NCBI GenBank assembly: GCA_051362555.1
Contig: CM120648.1
Coordinates: 2,023,721 to 2,087,720 of the forward strand
Length of the DNA: 64,000 nucleotides
Source: Lingula anatina
Lineage: Eukaryota > Animalia > Brachiopoda
Direction of reading: 5' to 3'
The notes under the pieces are model-generated. The model made no database searches. It saw only the letters and a list, made by a program, of their open reading frames with translations, and was not told where the DNA came from. The translations under genes and the position numbers were made by a program. This document shows positions 1 through 12,800 of this stretch, in pieces. Numbering within the stretch: position 1 is the stretch's first letter; each line of letters begins with the position of its first letter.

Positions 1-778
1 TTCTACCGAGGGATGAGATCACTCCTGTGGCCAAGAAACTAACAAATGGTCAATATAACCATTATGTGAACGATGCAATTTATGATGACATTCCAGAAGA
101 AGTGTCACCTGCCCAGGAAAGGTCAAAGGTCAAGGAAGAAGTAAGTTACTGGTCAAAATGGTAATAAAAACAAGACTGACATTAAAACAAAAGAAGGAAA
201 GGTTATTTCTTATTTTATTACTTCATAGGATCCAATGCAGTCATTAGACTTAAAAAAAATTGAATGCTTGTAACAACTTAAAGAAATCCCCAAATATGAA
301 TTACATTTTCCTTAGAGCTTTTTATGGTGGGTGCAGGGGAGGGGGGTTAGAATAACACATATTTTGGTTTGTATTGTTAGTGCAAACTATCGAAGCTTTT
401 TAAAAACAACATTTGGCTTCAAACAAAGTCACATTATTTTCATTATATTTGTTACTAAGCTGTATGAAGATGTCCCTGAAGAACAAAATGGAGATGCAAC
501 AAGCCCACAAAGCCAAAAGACAGAACAAACCAATCAGGACTCAGATAACAAAGCATCAGCCAATCATGACCAAGATAACAAAGTGGATGTTCAGTCAAAG
601 ATGCCATATGACGATGTTCCGGTGGAAAGCTTAGCAGTTTCTGATCAAACTGTTGTGAACAGTAGACCGCAGAAGCCAGATGGTGAGAAAAGTAGATGAT
701 TGTTGTCTTTGAATAGTTTTCGTTTTTAGAGAAAACTTTTCATGTGATTGTGCATTTGGTGCAATAAGAGATTGACTG

Positions 779-820
<42 letters not shown>

Positions 821-3800
821 GGACAAACAAACTAAACTTGGTTGCTTTCAAGTATTCCAAAAATGTTTTTTTTTGGATTTATTTTGGGGTATAAAGGGGC
901 TTATTTATATTTGATTTGCCTTGGTGTTGTTACCCCCTTGGCCTGGTGCTGTTCCCCGTCCTGCATGTGTATGCAAGTGCTGCAACTGTGCACGTTTATG
1001 TTTCGTAGTATTTTAATGTTAATATCCTAGATTACTGCTGTGATTGTTGGGATTTGCTTGATCATAATAATACCTAATATGGTGATGTGGCACTTTGCCT
1101 TTGAGCCCTGCTGAGAAGAAGGAGTTTTATTTATTATTTTATTTAATTTCAAAATATCAGTCTGCCATCTATATATATATATATCCTAACCCAATTTGGC
1201 CTTGCAGCACTGGATGTCATTTCTTCCTACGACGTGTTGTGGCGTGCAGCTAAGAAGAAAAATAAAAAACCTGCACTGGGTCATTATGGCTATTTGATTA
1301 GTCCAGCCCCAGGGGGAGAAGGTATTATACCTCTCTGGGTGCTTTGTTTTCCCATCTTTTTCTCCCATTTTTTCTCCCATTTCACATAGTGGGAGAAGGT
1401 ATTATACCTCTCTGGGTGCTTTGTTTTCCCATCTTTTTCTCCCATGTTTTCTCCCATTTCACATAGTGGGAAAAGGTATACCTCTCCGTTTTTGGGTCTT
1501 GTTTCCCATCTTTCCTCCCATTTTTCCCACAAAAACTATTAACAGAGAGGGAAAATTATACCCCTCCAGGGGTCTTGTTTTCCCATCTTTTCTCCAATTT
1601 TTACCCCCAAAACTTTAAAACAGCCCAGGTTTCTTTTTCCCACAGAATTAGCATGCTGGTTTGTAACTGCTTATTTATTAGTTTCTGATATCTTAGAGTT
1701 GGGATATAAAGAGGTTTAGACCCATCTTTGTGTGTCTTTGTTATGTTTTGTGCTCTTATAACATGGCTTGGCTTATAACATTGGTGTAGTTTATATTTTA
1801 TTTAAGAACATACATTCTTTTCACTATTTTATGGTTTCTGTGTCTATGAATAATCTATAAAAAACTGAAACTTACTTGAAGATTAAACCATAAAACCATA
1901 AAATGGATTATTGAACTGAATTGCTCTATAGTAGATTGTATTTAAAGCAGAGTCAGAATATAATAACTGTTTTAAATTTTAAAGAACATCACAATAAAAC
2001 CTTTTCCCAAGATAAAATTATTTTAAACCAGACATTCAACCAGATCAAATTCAAGCCAATACAAACCTGGTTCAAAGTTTTCACCATGAACTTGCTGATG
2101 TTTTGTTTGATTTAGAGGAGGTTATGGTGTAATGAAACTGTAATGGAAACCAGAAATCTTGTGTTCAATTTTTCTCAGCAGTTTCACAATAAAACAGTGG
2201 GGAAAGTTTTATATGTGGGACACTCTTTACTCAGCCATCAAATTAAGTGAACATTTCCTGTTGAGATTTATACTAGGACATGCATAATCAGCCATATTAA
2301 AGAATGTCAGCCAAAAGAAAGACTATGAACAGAAAATTAATATAACATTTTCATTTTTCTCTTGGTGTGTGTGTATGTTGGGAGGAGAGGGGGGTTGGAG
2401 TCTGGGCCAGAAGTTGCAATCATTGATAAATTTGTTTCATGCTCTTATACCCAGTTTGTCCCATCTCTGATGGATAAAAGTCAGTGTTTACTTACACAAT
2501 GCTAAGAATGAGAATCATCCCAGATAATCCAAAACATCACAACTCCACGTGAAATCAAGCGAGATTTGAAGGAGAGTTGATCAGAAATAACAGCAGGCAT
2601 TAGTGTGAGACAGCAACAAATCAAAGCTGACAAAATTTATCCAGGGATGTCATTTTGGTTGTTTTCTTTCCAAAGTTCTGTTGAATTGCTATCAGTTGCA
2701 CCACAGTACTAATTCACCATGTTTTAGGGATCACTTTTAAAGTGCTTATTAAGAGGACATTCTTGGCACATAAAGTGCACCCCACCTCAACTGAATTTTT
2801 GCACTTTTACTAGTTTCATGTGATGTTATGCAGTACTGAAGACCTCCTAATCTTGCTGCCCCATTGGTGTTTAGTTTTTATTCCCTGTTATTGTCACTAA
2901 TGATATGAATAATTTCCACACAGAATAACATTTAAAGGCTTTGCGCTGTGATTTACTGGGTGAGGTTGCAATAGCTGCATAGCAGTATAGTAGTAACAGG
3001 GTACTTGGGCTAAAGTTGCTGCAGTTGTGTAGTTATATATTTTATTGTACTTGTAATTGAAGTATGAACAACAACTAAAGTATTTTTATTCAGGAAAAGT
3101 TTTAAAATTGACTTAGGCCCAAAGAAACTAGTTTGAGTCATTGTAAGTTAGTGGGTCATTATATCTACATGTTAAATATATAGATAATACCATGACAGAG
3201 CTTGCTGCTGGTATCTTTTCTCTTACATTTTATTCAAATTTCCATAGAGACAAGTTGGCAAACATTCTTTTTGAAAACTACTCCATGAATTTTGTCTTAG
3301 CCGTAATGTCTATTGCTCTTTCAATAAATTTCAGATGAAAATATTGCTAAGGATGCTGGGGACCTTCAGGGTCAAGGTCAAGGTCAAGCAGATATAGGTC
3401 AAGGTCAAGTTAAAAAAGAAGAACCAGCCTATTTTGTCTATGATGACCATGCTGGGACTGCCTCTAACATGGCAGGTGAGTAGGCAGTGGGTTTGGCTAA
3501 TTATTGGCCTTGTTAAAGAAAATGTTTATTTTTATCATTTTAGTGAACATTTTTATGTTTCTAACAGTCTTCATTTTTTATGTCTGTGAGTTTATTTGGC
3601 TTAATGTTTAACATTATAGTGAATAAGTTCAGAATTTTGCTAATTAATGCCCACCCAAAAGATTTTTTAATTCTCTGCTAGTTTATGTACTTAAAAACAC
3701 TTTTATTTTATTGGTCGGTATATTTAATGAAACAATTAACATTTATTATGAGACTGATTGAGAATTTGTATTGGTCAACCATATTATTTATTTTCAAACA

Positions 3801-6800
3801 ATCTGGCATATTTACATTTCAATCAGTTTTTTTCTGGGACAGTATTTATGTTTAACATTAACGTTTTTGTTGATTTTCCATAACACTTTTAAGTTGAAAA
3901 GATAACAATTCATGGTGATAGATTTGAGTGTAGATTAGGAATAATTTGAAAAAAATTATCTGTTTTATAACAAGATAACTGTAACTGTAAATAGATTATT
4001 AATAAGCATTTATTTTGAAATTATTTAAAATCAACCTTAGATTTTCGCTCCGTGATGTTTAACTCCAGTGCAGGAGTTTATGAGGATATAGGTAAGTATA
4101 GGTGTAGGTTGGATGTATTACATCATACATAAACTTAGTCTAATACATTAACATCATAAATAGTGTAATCTGATAACCCTGGAAGTTCTGTCAAAGTTTA
4201 CAAGTGGAGGTTTTCCTCTTATCGCATTCCAATCCAGCAGAAATTTATTTATTCACAGTCTAGATGAAATTATGTGTTTTTAGACAAGGAAATTATACAT
4301 GTATCAATAATGATTTGATACAATTGGCTGATAGAATTATTTTCGTTGGCATTTTATGTTTAAAATGGAGTCAACATATGAGCTGTGTAGAATGACTTAA
4401 AGGGCACATCTCCACCAGAGCAGTTACCATCCTTCTTCCCGACTGGTCATTTCTAGTTCACTGCTTGATAGGGATTTCTTTGATTGTAACATATACTATC
4501 ATGTTTGAAATTATAGTATTTACATTGTTATGTCTGCCATTTTTTTGCATTTTTGACTAAAGTCATATATCTTGTGTTGATTTAATTGGTTCCACTGTAC
4601 CATGTTGTTGAGTGTGTACATATAGTATGTGATGTGTCTTTGCATGAGTTGGTTTCAGTAGAGAGTGATATTTACCATGACCCTGTGTTTGACATATAGA
4701 TAGTGAAACAATTATATGTTACTTTATGCACAAACAGTTTGTATAACTGTATTTAAGTTTTGGTATATCATTTGATTACATTTGATAGATGTAAATTATG
4801 AGCATGTGTGTGTTTTGGGGGGTGGGGGGGAGGGGGAACTTGGGGTCAAGTCACTTTATGTTTGACATCTACCATGTCATGGGGCTGGGGTATGATATAA
4901 TACTGGAACTAACTGAATATTAGTAGAGCATGTGTGTGTGTGCGTGTGTGCGTGTATGCATGCACGAGAGGGAGTATTTTCTGGTGAGGTTAACAAATAA
5001 ATTAAAATATTAATCTGAAAGTTATGAATATGTTGCGTTGGTGGGTGGAGGTGGGGTCAATTGAAATGAAAGATTAATACATCATACATATATTTATGAG
5101 TCTCAGAGCAAGTTGTTGGATTATGCCATTGGATAAATGGTTTATACAAGAGGAAGGGTGTGTGAAGTAAATTATATTGAATGAGGTTTTTGGTGAAAAC
5201 TCTGAGGTAATTATGATGACAATTTAAAACCACCTGGATCAGTAGATCAAACTGGCTGTCCTACTAATTTATCCAGCTTTATATCATGAAAAAAACTACC
5301 TGTTAGCACCAGTGCTAGTGTAATTATGGCACTCTTGATTTGTAACCTGAATAATAATAATAATAATTACAATAATAATAACAATAATAATAATAATAAT
5401 GAGATAATTCCAATTGTTACAGATTTCACTTTCACTTTTTTGTAGTACTAATATGATGATGATTCTAAAACTTAACAATCCCATCCTTAAGATGTATTTT
5501 CAATTTTCTAGGCTTCCTGTTCTGCTTTAGTAGAAATACAGTATTTTATTATCATAATGGATAGGTGGTCTGAAGTCATGGTGTAATTGTATGCTTACGA
5601 CAAAAAAAAAAATAAATAAAAAAAAAAAATAATAATAGTAATATACAAACTTAAATGATTTAAATAGTGGCAAAATTTGTATATCTTTTATATAATTAGG
5701 AAAGATAGCATATTCAAGAAAATGAAGGAATGTCTTATGTTTCCCTCTTTTCCTCTTAATACCTTAATTAGACTGGCTGTTGAGAGCACTTGCCTGGTTT
5801 ATAGAAAGACATCATATAACATGGTGAATGAAATGCTTCAGTTTTGAAACATGGCAGAACGCTGTACATTACTTTTATTCCACTAGATATTTAATGGAAT
5901 GTTGTATGTTACTGTTCTTCCACTAGATATTTAATGGAATGTTGTTTTTTTACTGTTCTTCCACTAGATATTAAATGGAATGCATCGTTATCTTGATGTA
6001 TATGACAATATTATGAGGCTCGGAAGGAGTTACATTTAGCTCCAGACATATTTAGTGCTATTTGAGTGAATATGGAAGAAATAATTTCTCATTAAATAGT
6101 ATTTCATTTATTATATAGATGAATTTTGATGGCAGTAGTTGTATTTATTTATTGTATTGATAATTGACAATTTGAGTTTCTGTACTTAAAAATTAAAGAC
6201 GTGAACTTGACAGATTACAAGATTGGAATGCAGGTATAAAATGCTTACATTTCTATTGAAATATTGTTAAGAAAAATTAATAAAATTATTATGATTGTTC
6301 TTACAGATTGCAATGGAGAGGTAGTTGTTCTAACATTTTTACAATTTTATCCATTTACACAAACAGTTAAGACACCATTAAGTGTGCTCATGGAAAATAG
6401 TGATTTAAAAATGTATCCATTTTCAGAAGACTCAGACAGCAATCCAGATGACATCTACGAACCTGTAGAGGGCGCTGATCAACCTGACGATGATGATGAT
6501 GATGACGATGGCTGGGGTTCGGAAGAATTCGAGGAATATTCAGATTTTGAGGGAGAGGAGATTCCATCGCCTGGTTCTGTGACCCTTCCGAGAGGACTGG
6601 ATCCCAATAAGGTTTATGAAAATGTTATCCAAATGTCTTCGACCTCGGTTAGAAAAGTTCGAGCTAAGTCCGCTCATGAGTTGCCAACACAGGAGGTACT
6701 TGGCATTATGGGATTGTGGTTGTTCATAAAATGTGAAATAGAATGGTCACTTCAGTCTGATTTTGAAACTTATTTTGGAATTTGTCTCATTCTTTTGTTA

Positions 6801-9800
6801 TAATTTTATAATATATTATTTTCAAAATTAATATTCTCAAAGAAAATATTGAGGCAATTCCATTAGGAAACTCAAAATCTGATTCAGCCATTCTATTTAG
6901 ACCATGTTTTAATGCAACAAACAATCTTCCTAAAACAAATATTAGTCTGACTAGAACAAAAGAATTGCTGTGAGCTGTTTTAATCAAGCTAATCAAATTA
7001 ACCATCAGTTCATAAACTATAGAAAATCTCATCTCAGAATGTGCTTTCAAATTGGAAAAAGAATTAAGGGATAACAGCTGTTCACTTTGGCCAAAAAGGC
7101 TTTTTCTTGAGACAAACAATGATTTTCCCATACTTACCAGTGGTTAATGAATCCATTTCGACATTCAAAGTTAGTTCATTTTTTTTTCTAATAAAAAGTT
7201 TGTTATAATCTTTAAAGAGTTATTACCAAGGGATAGGTCCATGTGGTCCAATGGCAAGCACATTTTCCACAATAATTGCTATATCCACTGTAATGGTGTA
7301 CAAAGGAATTTATTGCATTATGATTTGTGTAATTTTTTTTTTTTTTTTTTGTGAAATATGAATTTCATATGAACAGTTGTTATTCTTTTAATTTTGGTTA
7401 CATTAATCATCTTAAATTTTATTCACTATGAAATTGTATTCATTTGGTCGAAGTTGTGTAATAGGAATGTTAAGCAACTTCATTGCATTAAAGCCTTTTT
7501 GGAAGCATTTTCGGTGTATTATCTTCATCAAAATTAAATCCAAAGTTCATATTTATGAAATAGACCTTGCTTCACAATGCTTCTGATTTGGTTGTCATGT
7601 CTAGCATAGAGTACTGCTTACAGCTGACTTGACCATCGGGGGCCAAAAACTTGTCTCTGGAACATGGAAATTAAATGTTTAGTTGGATATATTACTGCCC
7701 TGCCACCTGGTGGGATATACCACTGCCCTGCCGCCTGGTGGGATATACCACGTCCCTGCCGCCTGGTGGGATATACCACGTCCCTGCCACCTGGCAGGAT
7801 ATACCACTGCCCTGCCACCTGGTGGGATATACCACTGCCCTGCCACCTGGTGGGATATACCACTGCCCTGCCACCTGGTGGGATATACCACTGCACTGCC
7901 ACCTGGTGTTCACTAGAATGTCTCACTTTTGACTTTGATTCTCTGATAAGTTCAATTTGGTTGACTGGGGACAAGTTTTTCTACTGGCGTAACAGTGGGT
8001 CTTCCTTCAGTGCATTGTGCAATTATTTGATGTGATATATAATAATAATAATAATACAATAATATATGATCTGTCTGTTTTTGACGCTTTTCCATATGGT
8101 GTGTTTTGTCTTTTCTTGGTGAGTGACTTCTGTGGTTTTATAATAATAATAATAATGATAATATTGATGGCATAATGTATGATAATAACAGAAATGTCTT
8201 TTGATTCATATGCTTATACATGGCAAGCTCAGATGTTAATACATTATAGCTTTGGTGTATATGCCTTCACATTAAAGAATTCCATGTTTAAACAAGCTTA
8301 TCCCTTTCATACTTATAATTCTTATTCAAAGTAATATTAGAAGTTTAACAATTAATGTTACAATTTAAAAAACAGTTAAAATGCTTTTAGAATTAATTTA
8401 AATTAGTCATTTTGATATCATGATTTTTTCTGATTTATATCTGTAAAGTTATCAGAGAAGTTTTCAAGACATGAACTTTTAAAATGAATTCTTGCCTCAC
8501 TGTATCTCTTTTGACTTGTATCAATATGCAGCAAATAGTGTCACCTGAGCTGTTAACAAAAAACCTTTAAAAAAAAACGAGTCTTTATAATATTTTAACA
8601 AATTAAATGTCATTTGTACCCCTCAGGCCCCATCCTTTATGAGTAACTTGAGAAGAATCGGAAGCTTTCGTAACAAACAAGACAAGAAGCCGGACAACGA
8701 AGAACCGCAGATTATAGATGTGTATCTGAGCAGCAAAAAGCACCCTCCGCCTCAGCTGCCTCCAGAGCCAGATAATCTGACAGCAGAGCAGAAGAAGAGG
8801 AGACACATTCTAGCTTCTCTCATTGACAGTGAGAATTCCTACGTGGTGTCTCTTAAGAGGCTGGTGGAGGTATGGGACTCTGTTTGAATCATGGGATTGA
8901 AATGAGGATAGCATTTTTGTATTTTTATTTGAATAAAATGTTGAATGTAGAGATAACTCCTAAATAAGGATTTTTTGTTCTCCCCCACCCTTAATATGGA
9001 TGATGGGGCTTGGAAAGTTGCTAGATTTTTTTTTATAGAAATATTAAAAAATGGACACATTCCAGTGTCTGCTCCTTTACTTATATCACTATAATACCAC
9101 ACTATCCCACACATGCACCAAGTACATAACAACACTACCTTAAACTTTGAATTATTTTTTCAAAGCTTATATTAAGAAAATTGCTTCATTTTGTAAAATA
9201 TTTTTTGTCATCTTTAAGATATTAAGGATACAAGTTGCAGGTTAAAATCTCAGACCTCTCAATGCATGATTATCACAATGGGTACCTCACGTTTTTTTTT
9301 TTTTTTTTTGAAACTTTTATTACACTTTTAGTTTCTCATATTTCAGGACTATGAGAAACCCCTGAGGCTGGACCCCAACATATTGAGCATGGATCGTGTC
9401 CGTGTGATCTTTCACCGTGTGTCGGACATCCTCCAGTGTCACCTGATGTTCCAGATAGAGCTGGAGGCTTGCGTCACTGACTGGGACAAGGAGGAGAGCA
9501 TTGGGAATGTTTTCACTGCTTCTGTGAGTGCTGCCCAAAAATCATGGTCAAAAGCCTGTAGGCAGTGATTTCAAAGCGGGCAGGGGGGGGGGGGGGCTTT
9601 TCACTGTCATTTTTGAATCTCTGATATTTAGAGCAATATTGGGAACCGCAATTAACATTGTTTTGGAATCCATGGTAACCACACATTATGAATAGAAATA
9701 GTTAAAGGTAACTGTCATGATTTTAAATGAATTTTTTTTGTAAAATAGGGCATGTCTATCAAATTAAATTGTAAATGTAGTTTAATTGTGGGGGCTTCAA

Positions 9801-12800
9801 TGAACACTCTTTAAGTTAACTTTACAGGTTTTTTTTTAACATAATTGTCCTTTTAACTCTCCAGTTTTCTAAGGACCTCGTCTTTGATGCATACAGTGCT
9901 TATGTCAACAACTTCTCCAAAGCCATGGACACTGCAAAGATGGCCGCCAAACAGAAGGCTTCATTTGGGGATTTCTTGAAGGTACATAGTAGTTGCTGAA
10001 GTCGGTTAAGGTTATAAAAACTTATATACAAAAGTTTTCATTTTTGACTTAATACCAGTTAGATGTCACAATGTGTTGTGTTTACTTCCAGGAGAAGATC
10101 AACAAAGCCCCTGACCGCCTGTCCTTGTTTGGATTAATGGTGAAGCCAGTACAGAGGTTTCCACAGTTTATTATGTTATTACAGGTAGATACAAACTGGG
10201 GGCACAGAATTTTGTGTGCATTTGTATGCATGCATGTGTGTTTATGTCTACATGTGTGCCTTGGTACGTATGTGGTGTGTCAGAATTTTATGATCTAAAT
10301 TTTTCACCGAATATAAGATACATTTTGTGATATGATTAAACCAGTTTTTGTATTCAACAACCAAATGTGATAGTATACATATTTATGCTTCCCTGACTCC
10401 AAATATTATGGCAGTTAAGAAATCTTTGTTCAGAGTTGCAAAATATGATTATATAATTTATTTAGTATTTGTTGTTGACCATGACTTCCTTTTGATTTCA
10501 GCTCTGGTACTATTTAGAGTGGTATTAAAACTGCACATTTTAGAACTGTAACACAAAACAGTGAAATTAAATGAAACTTTTTTCACCAACTTTCCAGGAT
10601 CTACTAAAACACACGCCTACTGGTCACAAGGACAGAATGGCCCTGCAGAGGGCGCTGACGGAGCTGGAGAATCTGACCCATAAACTGAATGAGTGCAAGC
10701 GTCAAGCAGAACAGAAACGAGAAGCCAAAGAGATCATCAGCAACCTTAACGTCAGTGTCATGAAAAAGGGCGTCAACGAAGGAAACAGAGCTTTGGTCAG
10801 GCAAGACGATATGACTCAGATTGTAAGTATATTTGTTAAATCGAAATTGATGAATTTAATTAATTGGAGGTGATTGTTACAGCATGTGTAGATAGTTTTT
10901 GAAGGATGCAGGGTTCTCTTTTTGTACTGAAAACTGAGTTTAGGGAGCAGTGTCAAACAAGAACTGGTGTCAAAAATTGGTGTTTACAAAGACTTTAAGA
11001 ATTTAACCTGAGAAGTAATGTTTCACAAAGGATATAGAAAGTCTTTAACTTATCTTTTGCAATCTTGAATATGTGCCTGACAATGTTTATTTGCTAGCTT
11101 TCGTGATTCTAATCCCTTAAGGCAGAGGTTTAATATTGGCCTGGGCAATTGTCCATAACACCCATTTAGAGTAACATTACAATACCAACTATATGTATGC
11201 TGTGGACCATCCTAGTTAAGCATTCTAACTTACTAAGGATTATAAGAGATACAGTGATAAACAATGAGATGGAAAATGCTGGCTTTGATATTTTTATTAT
11301 TATCTGTAATTGTTTTTGACAATAATGGCATTCTTATTTCTAGTAATGTTATTGTGATTATCATCATCATCATCATCATCATCATCATTATTATTATTAT
11401 TAATTATTAATATTTTTAAATCACTCTGTACAATATGATGGTGGTGGTTGTTTCAAGTTTTATGTTCAAGTTTTCCTGTATTTTAATGGGTAATAGGTAG
11501 CACAGTGGCTATCAGTAGGACTTGAAAAGATGAAAAGAAAGACATTTTTTGACCACTTGTTTTCTTGTTTCATGCATGCTGTAGGCTGCCCAGAAGGTAG
11601 AAAAATTAACATATTCTGATTTTAAAAATCATTTATAACTCTAGTAAAGACTTTTGCCTGCTGTGTTGCTATGATAGTGTCTTCAATCAGCAGCTAAAAT
11701 CAGATTTATATAGTTCGGTAACAGCTTTACTCAAAAAGTTATGGACTGATTTTGACAAAATTTGCAAAATAAGTCAGAAAAAAAAGCTTAGAATTGATAC
11801 CATTTGGTGATGATCCATTAAAGAATTAATAACTTTATTATATATAATGAAAATTAAGCCACTTTGCTCTTTCTCTCTCTTGCTCCCCAGGTGCATTTCT
11901 ATTATAGGTCACTAATGGTGTCAAATCAGATTTTTTTTAAATCTTAAATTATATTGTCATGAGTTTAGCTGCTGTTTGCAAAAAAATGATCAGTATACAA
12001 ACAGACTCTGGTGTGAACATTTATGATTAGGGAGCTTCAAAATTATGATAATATTATTCAAAACTCACTTGAGGTAATATCCTCCCACCACCACTACCTC
12101 ATACTGTGTTCAGCATACAGATGACATTTGCACAGGAGGAAGGGGGCTTTAAGATTATAACTTTCTGAATAATTCTTATACAGTATTGTGTACAGCGAGT
12201 TATTAAAACTCCTTGCCTAGGTGAGGGATGCCTCTTTAGATTGAATTCACATTGCACTACATGGTCTTTCCTTTTTGAAGCTCTCTGTATCATACATTGA
12301 AATTTATATACTAAGCAAGTGTATTTGTGTGGTTTTCTTCTCTCTTTTCTTTTGTATTTTTATTTCTTTTTAAAGGATATATAATTTTTCATTTTGTTTT
12401 TGTTTTTAGCCTTGTCAGTATAGGCTTAACACAGGTGTGAGATTTTGAATGTCTGAGGACAATTATACTGAATGGTTGAATGTGTATGTCTTTGTGTGTG
12501 TGTATTTTTGTGAGTATTTTCAAAATTGGTATTATGCCGCAAAGTAAATTTATATCTGTTTATTGTTTACTAGTACATGCTTTATTTGCTATGCATAACT
12601 TAGATGTATTTTGTTTCTTTAACTCTGATTTTCAGTGACTTGTAGCTCTTTACGACTAGCTTCCACTTCAGCTATTTCCAGTTTGCTTTGGTGTTTGAAT
12701 GAGTGACATTAGCTTTATATTTTTGCTTTGAACACCAAAAACAGTAGATGACATGCTTCATTTTTCACATGGATGTGGGAAACTTTCAAGGTTCACTTCA

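Noticed and set aside
7618-8035. Six overlapping ORFs with repeated peptides
   Set aside because: Artefact of a stop-poor 28-bp minisatellite in an intron; no splice or codon support.
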